Positions 52,701 to 64,000 of a stretch of 64,000 nt of DNA are shown one piece after another. The stretch is from Eledone cirrhosa (lineage: Eukaryota), in NCBI GenBank assembly GCA_964016885.1, contig OZ024746.1, positions 49,352,001 through 49,416,000 on the forward strand, in the 5' to 3' direction. Positions within the stretch are counted from its first letter, which is position 1. Every line of letters starts with the position of its first letter. Under the pieces are notes generated by a model. The model did no database searches and was not told the DNA's origin. It worked only from the letters and a program-made list of their open reading frames with translations. A program made the position numbers and the translations under genes.

Positions 52701-55700
52701 TATTTTCCAAAGATTTCATTATATAAATATAAAAAAGTTTTCACCATTTCAAATATTTTAATGGCATTTCTGTAAAACATCATCATATTTATATTTTAAT
52801 GGCATTTCTGTCAAAAATCTCATCATATTTATATATTAATGATTTTCTTGTCATAAATGTCATAATATTTTTAATGATTTTTTTTAAGAAAATATCTTCC
52901 TATTTATATTTTAATGATATACATCTCATCATATTTATATTTTAATGACATTTATGTCAAGAATATCATCATATTCATATTCTTATGGCATTTCTGTCAA
53001 AATATCTCATCATATTTATATGTTAATGGTATTTATGTCAAAAACGTCAACATATATATATGTTAATGGAAATTATGTCAAAAATCTCATGATGTTTATA
53101 TTTTAATTGCATTTCTGTCACAAACCTCATTATATTTATATTTTAAAGCCAATACTTTCAAAAATATCATCATATTTATATTTTAATGATTTTCTTGTCA
53201 AAAATGTCATAATATTTTTAATGCCATTTTTGTAAGAAAATATCTCACTATTTATATTTTAATGATATAAATCTCATCATATTTATATTTTAGTGACATT
53301 GCTGTCAAAAGTCTCATCATATTTATATTTTAATGGCATTTCTGTCAAGAATATCATCATATTCATATTTTTATGGCATTTCCCTCAAAATAACTCATCA
53401 TATTTATATTTTAATGGCATTTATGTCAAAAATGTCAACATATATATATATGTTAATTGCAATTATGTCAAAAATCTCATGATGTTTATATTTTAATGAC
53501 ATTTCTGTCAAAAATCTCATCATATCTATATTTTAATGCCAATTCTTTCGAAAATATCATTATCTTTATATTTTATTAGGTTTTCGGTCATAAACCTCAT
53601 CATATTTATATTTCAATGTTATTTCTGTCAAAAATCGAACATATTTATATTTTAATAGAATTTCTGTTAATAGTCTCATCATATTTATATTTTAATGGCA
53701 TTTCAGTCAGAAATCTCATCATATTTATATTTTAATTGTATTTCTGTCAAAATTCTCATCATATTTATATTTTAATGGCATATCTGCAAAAATGTCATCG
53801 TATTTATATTTTAATGGCATTTTTCCAAATTATTTCATCATATAAAATATCGTATTTATATTTTAATGGCATTTTTTTCGAAAGATTTCACCATATAAAA
53901 TATTTTAAGTGCATTTCTGTAAAACATATCATCATATTTATGTCATTATGCCATCTCTTTCAAAAATATCTCATCATATTTATATTTTAATTGCTTTTGT
54001 GTCAAAAATCTCATCTTATTTATAATGGCAATTCTTTCAAAAATATCATCATATTTATATTTTAATGGCATTTCTGTCAATAATATCATCATATTTATAT
54101 TTTATTAAGTTTTCTGTCAAAAATATCATCATATATATATGTTAATGGCATTCCTGTCAGATATCTCATCATATTTATATTTGAATGGCATTTCTGTCAA
54201 TAATATCATCATATTCATATTCTTATGGCATTTCTGTCAAATTATCTCATCATATTTATATGTTAATGGCATTTATGTCAAAAATGTCAACATATATATA
54301 TATGTTAATTGCAATTATGTCAATAATCTCATGATGTTTATATTTTAATGGCATTTCGGTCAGAAATCTCATCATATTTATATTTTCAAAGCATTTCTGA
54401 GAAAAAATCTCATCGTATTTATATTTTAATTGTATTTCTGTCAAAATCTCATCGTATTTATATTTTAATGGCATTTCTTTAAAAGATTTGATCATATAAA
54501 ATATCATCGTATTTATATTTTAATGGCATTTTTTCCCAAAAGATTTCACCATATAAAATATTTTAATGGCATTTCTGTAAAACATATCATCATATTCATA
54601 TTTTAATGGCATTTCTGTCAACAATCTCATCATATTTATAATGTTATGGCATTTCTGTACAAATATCTCATCATATTTATATTCTAATGGCATTTATGTC
54701 AAAAATGTCAAGATATATATATGTTAATGGCAATTATGTCAAAAATCTCATGATATTTATATTTGAATGGCATTTCAGTCAGAAATCTCATCATATTTAT
54801 ATTTTAATTGTATTTCTGTCAAAGTTCTCGTCATATTTATATTTGAATGGCATTTCTGCAAAAATGTCACCGTATTTATATTTTAATGGCATTTTTTTTT
54901 ATATCTCATCATTTCAAATATTTTAATGGCATTTCTGTAAAACATCATATTTATATTTTAATGGTATTTCTGTCAAGAATATCATCATATTCATATTTTT
55001 TTATTGCATTTCTCTCAAAATAACTCATCATATTTATATTTTAATGGCATTTATGTCAAAAATGTCAACATATATATATATTTTAATTGCAATTATGTCA
55101 AAAATCTCATGATGTTTATATTTTAATGACATTTCTGTCAAAAATCTCATCATATATATATTTTAATGCCAATTCTTTCGAAAATATCATTATCTTTATA
55201 TTTTATTAGGTTTTCGGTCATAAACCTCATCATATTTATATTTCAATGTTATTTCTGTCAAAAATCGAACATATTTATATTTTAATAGAATTTCTGTTAA
55301 TAGTCTCATCATATTTATATTTTAATGGCATTTCAGTCAGAAATCTCATCATATTTATATTTTAATTGTATTTCTGTCAAAATTCTCATCATATTTATAT
55401 TTTAATGGCATTTCTGTCAAAAATCTCATCTCATCGTATTTATATTTTAATGATTTTCTTGTCAAAAATTTCATATTTTTAATGACATTTTTGTAAGAAA
55501 ATATTTTCCTATTTATATTTTAATGACATAAATCTCATCATATTTATATTTTAATGACATTTTTGTCAAGAATATCATCATATTCATATTCTTATGGCAT
55601 TTCTGTCAAAATATATCATCATATTTATATTTTAATGGCATTTATGTCAAAAATGTCAACATATATATATATGTTAATGGCAATTATGTCAAAAATGTCA

Positions 55701-58700
55701 ACATATATATATATCTTGATGGCAATTATGACAATAATCTCATGATGTTTATATTTTAATGGCATTTCAGTCAGAAATCTCATCATATTTATATTTTATT
55801 AGGTTTTCGGTCAAAAACCTCATCATATTTATATTTCAATGGTATTCCTGTCAAAAATCTAATCATATTTATATTTTAATAGAATTTCTGTTAATAGTCT
55901 CATCATATTTATATTTTAATGGCATTTCAGTCAGAAATCTCATCATATTTATATTTTAATTGTATTTCTGTCAAAATTCTCATCATATTTATATTTTAAT
56001 GGCATATCTGCAAGAATGTCTTCGTATTTATATTATAATGGCATTTTTTTTCAAAAGATTTCACCATATAAAATATTTTAAGTGCATTTCTGTAAAACAT
56101 ATCACCATATTTATGTTTTAATGCCATCTCTGTCAAAAATATTATCATATTTATATTTTAATGGCTTTTGTGTCAAAATTCTTATCATATTTATATTTTA
56201 ATGGCAATTCTTTCAAAAATATGATCATATTTAGATTTTATTAAATTTTGTGTCCAAAGTATCATCATATTTTTATTTTATTAAGTTTTCTGTCAAAAAT
56301 ATAATCATATTTATATTTTAATGGCATTCCTGTCAATAATATCATCATATTCATATTCTTATGGCATTTCTGTCAAATTATCTCAACATATTTATATTTT
56401 AATGGCATTTATGTCAAAAATGTCAACATATATATATATGTTAATGGCAATTATGTCATTAATCTCATGATGTTTATATTTTAATTGCATTTCAGTCAGA
56501 AATCTCATCATATTTATATTTTAAAGGCATTTCTGTGAAAAATCTCATCGTATTTATATATTAATGGTATTTCTGCCAAAATGTCATCGTATTTATTTTT
56601 TAATGGCATTTCTTTAAAAGATTTCATCATATAAAATATCATCGTATTTATATTTTAATGGCATTTTTTAAAAAAAGATTTCACAATATAAAATATTTTA
56701 ATGGCACTTCTGTAAAACATATCATCATATTCATATTTTAATTGCATTTCTGTCAAAAATATCATCATATTTATATTTTAATGGTTTTCCCGGCATTCAA
56801 TGGCATTTCTCTCAACAATCTCATCATATTTATATTGTTATGGCATTTCTGTACAAATATCTCATCATATTTATATTCTAATGGCAATTATGTCAAAAAT
56901 CTCATGATGTTTATATTTGAATGGCATTTCAGTCAGAAATCTCATCATATTTATATTTTAATTGTATTTCTGTCAAAGTTCTCCTCATATTTATATTTGA
57001 ATGGCATCTCTGCAAAAATGTCATCGTATTTATATTTTAATGGTATATTTTCCAAAGATTTCATTATATAAATATAAAAAAGTTTTCACCATTTCAAATA
57101 TTTTAATGGCATTTCTGTAAAACATCATCATATTTATATTTTAATGGCATTTCTGTCAAAAATCTCATCATATTTATATATTAATGATTTTCTTGTCATA
57201 AATGTCATAATATTTTTAATGATTTTTTTTAAGAAAATATCTTCCTATTTATATTTTAATGATATACATCTCATCATATTTATATTTTAATGACATTTAT
57301 GTCAAGAATATCATCATATTCATATTCTTATGGCATTTCTGTCAAAATATCTCATCATATTTATATGTTAATGGCATTTATGTCAAAAACGTCAACATAT
57401 ATATATGTTAATGGAAATTATGTCAAAAATCTCATGATGTTTATATTTTAATTGCATTTCTGTCAAAAACCTCATTATATTTATATTTTAAAGCCAATAC
57501 TTTCAAAAATATCATCATATTTATATTTTAATGATTTTCTTGTCAAAAATGTCATAATATTTTTAATGCCATTTTTGTAAGAAAATATCTCACTATTTAT
57601 ATTTTAATGATATAAATCTCATCATATTTATATTTTAGTGACATTGCTGTCAAAAGTCTCATCATATTTATATTTTAATGGCATTTCTGTCAAGAATATC
57701 ATCATATTCATATTTTTATGGCATTTCCCTCAAAATAACTCATCATATTTATATTTTAATGGCATTTATGTCAAAAATGTCAACATATATATATATGTTA
57801 ATTGCAATTATGTCAAAAATCTCATGATGTTTATATTTTAATGACATTTCTGTCAAAAATCTCATCATATATATATTTTAATGCCAATTCTTTCGAAAAT
57901 ATCATTATCTTTATATTTTATTAGGTTTTCGGTCATAAACCTCATCATATTTATATTTCAATGTTATTTCTGTCAAAAATCGAACATATTTATATTTTAA
58001 TAGAATTTCTGTTAATAGTCTCATCATATTTATATTTTAATGGCATTTCAGTCAGAAATCTCATCATATTTATATTTTAATTGTATTTCTGTCAAAATTA
58101 TCATCATATTTATATTTTAATGGCATATCTGCAAAAATGTCATCGTATTTATATTTTAATGGCATTTTTCCAAATTATTTCATCATATAAAATATCGTAT
58201 TTATATTTTAATGGCATTTTTTTCGAAAGATTTCACCATATAAAATATTTTAAGTGCATTTCTGTAAAACATATCATCATATTTATGTCATTATACCATC
58301 TCTTTCAAAAATATCTCATCATATTTATATTTTAATTGCTTTTGTGTCAAAAATCTCATCTTATTTATAATGGCAATTCTTTCAAAAATATCATCATATT
58401 TATATTTTAATGGCATTTCTGTCAATAATATCATCATATTTATATTTTATTAAGTTTTCTGTCAAAAATATCATCATATATATATGTTAATGGCATTCCT
58501 GTCAGATATCTCATCATATTTATATTTGAATTGCATTTCTGTCAATAATATCATCATATTCATATTCTTATGGCATTTCTGTCAAATTATCTCATCATAT
58601 TTATATGTTAATGGCATTTATGTCAAAAATGTCAACATATATATATATGTTAATTGCAATTATGTCAATAATCTCATGATGTTTATATTTTAATGGCATT

Positions 58701-61700
58701 TCGGTCAGAAATCTCATCATATTTATATTTTCAAAGCATTTCTGAGAAAAAATCTCATCGTATTTATATTTTAATTGTATTTCTGTCAAAATCTCATCGT
58801 ATTTATATTTTAATGGCATTTCTTTAAAAGATTTGATCATATAAAATATCATCGTATTTATATTTTAATGGTATTTTTTCCCAAAAGATTTCACCATATA
58901 AAATATTTTAATGGCATTTCTGTAAAACATATCATCATATTCATATTTTAATGGCATTTCTGTCAACAATCTCATCATATTTATAATGTTATGGCATTTC
59001 TGTACAAATATCTCATCATATTTATATTCTAATGGCATTTATGTCAAAAATGTCAAGATATATATATGTTAATGGCAATTATGTCAAAAATCTCATGATA
59101 TTTATATTTGAATGGCATTTCAGTCAGAAATCTCATCATATTTATATTTTAATTGTATTTCTGTCAAAGTTCTCGTCATATTTATATTTGAATGGCATTT
59201 CTGCGAAAATGTCACCGTATTTATATTTTAATGGCATTTTTTTTATATCTCATCATTTCAAATATTTTAATGGCATTTCTGTAAAACATCATATTTATAT
59301 TTTAATGGATTTTCTGTCAAGAATATCATCATATTCATATTTTTATGGCATTTCTCTCAAAATAACTCATCATATTTATATTTTAATGGCATTTATGTCA
59401 AAAATGTCAACATATATATATATTTTAATTGCAATTATGTCAAAAATCTCATGATGTTTATATTTTAATGACATTTCTGTCAAAAATCTCATCATATATA
59501 TATTTTAATGCCAATTCTTTCGAAAATATCATTATCTTTATATTTTATTAGGTTTTCGGTCATAAACCTCATCATATTTATATTTCAATGTTATTTCTGT
59601 CAAAAATCGAACATATTTATATTTTAATAGAATTTCTGTTAATAGTCTCATCATATTTATATTTTAATGGCATTTCAGTCAGAAATCTCATCATATTTAT
59701 ATTTTAATTGTATTTCTGTCAAAATTCTCATCATATTTATATTTTAATGGCATTTCCGTCAAAAATCTCATCTCATCGTATTTATATTTTAATGATTTTC
59801 TTGTCAAAAATTTCATATTTTTAATGACATTTTTGTAAGAAAATATTTTCCTATTTATATTTTAATGACATAAATCTCATCATATTTATATTTTAATGAC
59901 ATTTTTGTCAAAAATCTCATCATATTTATATTTGAATGGCATTTCTGTCAATAATATCATCATATTCATATTCTTATGGCATTTCTGTCAAATTATCTCA
60001 TCATATTTATATGTTAATGGCATTTATGTCAAAAATGTCAACATATATATATATGTTAATTGCAATTATGTCAATAATCTCATGATGTTTATATTTTAAT
60101 GGCATTTCGGTCAGAAATCTCATCATATTTATATTTTCAAAGCATTTCTGAGAAAAAATCTCATCGTATTTATATTTTAATTGTATTTCTGTCAAAATCT
60201 CATCGTATTTATATTTTAATTGTATTTCTGTCAAAATCTCATCGTATTTATATTTTAATGGCATTTTTTCCCAAAAGATTTCACCATATAAAATATTTTA
60301 ATGGCATTTCTGTAAAACATATCATCATATTCATATTTTAATGGCATTTCTGTCAACAATCTCATCATATTTATAATGTTATGGCATTTCAGTACAAATA
60401 TCTCATCATATTTATATTCTAATGGCATTTATGTCAAAAATGTCAAGATATATATATGTTAATGGCAATTATGTCAAAAATCTCATGATATTTATATTTG
60501 AATGGCATTTCAGTCAGAAATCTCATCATATTTATATTTTAATTGTATTTCTGTCAAAGTTCTCGTCATATTTATATTTGAATGGCATTTCTGCTAAAAC
60601 GTCACCGTATTTATATTTTAATGGCATTTTTTTTTATATCTCATCATTTCAAATATTTTAATGGCATTTCTGTAAAACATCATATTTATATTTTAATGGT
60701 ATTTCTGTCAAGAATATCATCATATTCATATTTTTATGGCATTTCTCTCAAAATAACTCATCATATTTATATTTCAATGGCATTTATGTCAAAAATGTCA
60801 ACATATATATATATTTTAATTGCAATTATGTCAAAAATCTCATGATGTTTATATTTTAATGACATTTCTGTCAAAAATCTCATCATATATATATTTTAAT
60901 GCCAATTCTTTCGAAAATATCATTATCTTTATATTTTATTAGGTTTTCGGTCATAAACCTCATCATATTTATATTTCAATGTTATTTCTGTCAAAAATCG
61001 AACATATTTATATTTTAATAGAATTTCTGTTAATAGTCTCATCATATTTATATTTTAATGGCATTTCAGTCAGAAATCTCATCATATTTATATTTTAATT
61101 GTATTTCTGTCAAAATTCTCATCATATTTATATTTTAATGGCATTTCTGTCAAAAATCTCATCTCATCGTATTTATATTTTAATGATTTTCTTGTCAAAA
61201 ATTTCATATTTTTAATGACATTTTTGTAAGAAAATATTTTCCTATTTATATTTTAATGACATAAATCTCATCATATTTATATTTTAATGACATTTTTGTC
61301 AAAAATCTCATCATATTTATATTTGAATGGCATTTCTGTCAATAATATCATCATATTCATATTCTTATGGCATTTCTGTCAAATTATCTCATCATATTTA
61401 TATGTTAATGGCATTTATGTAAAAAATGTCAACATATATATATATGTTAATTGCAATTATGTCAATAATCTCATGATGTTTATATTTTAATGGCATTTCG
61501 TTCAGAAATCTCATCATATTTATATTTTCAAAGCATTTCTGAGAAAAATCTCATCGTATTTATATTTTAATTGTATTTCTATCAAAATCTCATCGTATTT
61601 ATATTTTAATGGCATTTCTTTAAAAGATTTGATCATATAAAATATCATCGTATTTATATTTTAATGGCATTTTTTCCCAAAAGATTTCACCATATAAAAT

Positions 61701-64000
61701 ATTTTAATGGCATTTCTGTAAAAGATATCATCATATTCATATTTTAATGGCATTTCTGTCAACAATCTCATCATATTTATAATGTTATGGCATTTCTGTA
61801 CAAATATCTCATCATATTTATATTCTAATGGCATTTATGTCAAAAATGTCAAGATATATATATGTTAATGGCAATTATGTCAAAAATCTCATGATATTTA
61901 TATTTGAATGGCATTTCTGTCAATAATATCATCATATTCATATTCTTATGGCATTTCTGTCAAATTATCTCATCATATTTATATGTTAATGGCATTTATG
62001 TCAAAAATGTCAACATATATATATATGTTAATTGCAATTATGTCAATAATCTCATGATGTTTATATTTTAATGGCATTTCGGTCAGAAATCTCATCATAT
62101 TTATATTTTCAAAGCATTTCTGAGAAAAAATCTCATCGTATTTATATTTTAATTGTATTTCTGTCAAAATCTCATCGTATTTATATTTTAATGGCATTTT
62201 TTCCCAAAAGATTTCACCATATAAAATATTTTAATGGCATTTCTGTAAAAGATATCATCATATTCATATTTTAATGGCATTTCTGTCAACAATCTCATCA
62301 TATTTATAATGTTATGGCATTTCTGTACAAATATCTCATCATATTTATATTCTAATGGCATTTATGTCAAAAATGTCAAGATATATATATGTTAATGGCA
62401 ATTATGTCAAAAATCTCATGATATTTATATTTGAATGGCATTTCAGTCAGAAATCTCATCATATTTATATTTTAATTGTATTTCTGTCAAAGTTCTCGTC
62501 ATATTTATATTTGAATGGCATTTCTGCAAAAATGTCACCGTATTTATATTTTAATGGCATTTTTTTTTATATCTCATCATTTCAAATATTTTAATGGCAT
62601 TTCTGTAAAATATCATATTTATATTTTAATGGTATTTCTGTCAAGAATATCATCATATTCATATTTTTATGGCATTTCTCTCAAAATAACTCATCATATT
62701 TATATTTTAATGGCATTTATGTCAAAAATGTCAACATATATATATATTTTAATTGCAATTATGTCAAAAATCTCATGATGTTTATATTTTAATGACATTT
62801 CTGTCAAAAATCTCATCATATATATATTTTAATGCCAATTCTTTCGAAAATATCATTATCTTTATATTTTATTAGGTTTTCGGTCATAAACCTCATCATA
62901 TTTATATTTCAATGTTATTTCTGTCAAAAATCGAACATATTTATATTTTAATAGAATTTCTGTTAATAGTCTCATCATATTTATATTTTAATGGCATTTC
63001 AGTCAGAAATCTCATCATATTTATATTTTAATTGTATTTCTGTCAAAATTCTAATCATATTTATATTTTAATGGCATTTCCGTCAAAAATCTCATCTCAT
63101 CGTATTTACATTTTAATGATTTTCTTGTCAAAAATTTCATATTTTTAATGACATTTTTGTAAGAAAATACTTTCCTATTTATATTTTAATGACATAAATC
63201 TCATCATATTTATATTTTAATGACATTTTTGTCAAAAATCTCATCATATTTATATTTGATTGGCATTTCTGTCAATAATATCATCATATTCATATTCTTA
63301 TGGCATTTCTGTCAAATTATCTCATCATATTTATATGTTAATGGCATTTATGTCAAAAATGTCAACATATATATATATGTTAATTGCAATTATGTCAATA
63401 ATCTCATGATGTTTATATTTTAATGGCATTTCGGTCAGAAATCTCATCATATTTATATTTTCAAAGCATTTCTGAGAAAAAATCTCATCGTATTTATATT
63501 TTAATTGTATTTCTGTCAAAATCTCATCGTATTTATATTTTAATGGCATTTTTTCCCAAAAGATTTCACCATATAAAATATTTTAATGGCATTTCTGTAA
63601 AACATATCATCATATTCATATTTTAATGGCATTTCTGTCAACAATCTCATCATATTTATAATGTTATGGCATTTCTGTACAAATATCTCATCATATTTAT
63701 ATTCTAATGGCATTTATGTCAAAAATGTCAAGATATATATATGTTAATGGCAATTATGTCAAAAATCTCATGATATTTATATTTGAATGGCATTTCTGCA
63801 AAAATGTCACCGTATTTATATTTTAATGGCATTTTTTTTTATATCTCATCATTTCAAATATTTTAATGGCATTTCTGTAAAAAATCATATTTATATTTTA
63901 ATGGTATTTCTGTCAAGAATATCATCATATTCATATTTTTATGGCATTTCTCTCAAAATAACTCATCATATTTATATTTTAATGGCATTTATGTCAAAAA
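37781..64000. repeat. Satellite DNA array, 40-bp monomer ATGGCATTTCTGTCAAAAATCTCATCATATTTATATTTTA, continuing beyond the window
   Basis: ATCATATTTA-type motif recurs at 38041, 38081, 38121, 38161, 38201, 38241 and 38281 (period 40). Diverged monomers are arranged in near-identical kb-scale blocks. Confidence 0.98.

Noticed and set aside
37694-63626. Dozens of 60-140-aa ORFs rich in I, F, Y, S and H
   Set aside because: Chance translations of the 40-bp satellite; the frame shifts with each monomer.
37781-64000. CRISPR-like regular repeat
   Set aside because: No unique spacers (the whole unit is repeated), no cas genes, eukaryotic context.

Overview
Eukaryotic, AT-rich, repeat-dominated DNA with no recognisable host gene. 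The SINE, LINE and microsatellite content suggests an invertebrate animal, most like a cephalopod (inference, not verifiable here). (1) 1-3.6 kb: a decayed Penelope-like element (RT + GIY-YIG) with hammerhead-ribozyme motifs downstream. (2) 5.9-16.4 kb and 35.7-36.2 kb: many copies of one ~190-bp tRNA-derived SINE, several stacked in the same duplicated target, plus an old CR1/Jockey-like remnant. (3) 16.5-34.6 kb: a pile-up of non-LTR retrotransposons, mostly joined through (TAA/TTA)n microsatellite. It holds six minus-strand R4/Dong-type RLE elements of two families (one with an intact 1216-aa ORF), one plus-strand Tx1/L1-type APE element and two SINE tail fragments. (4) 37.8-64 kb: a >26-kb array of a 40-bp satellite with kb-scale higher-order repeats. 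The most striking unannotated signal is a complete type I hammerhead ribozyme (U3-A8 core variant, extended stem II, GUC site) on the minus strand at 37657-37748, lying between the satellite edge and an inverted satellite monomer. All alignments and folds were done by eye.
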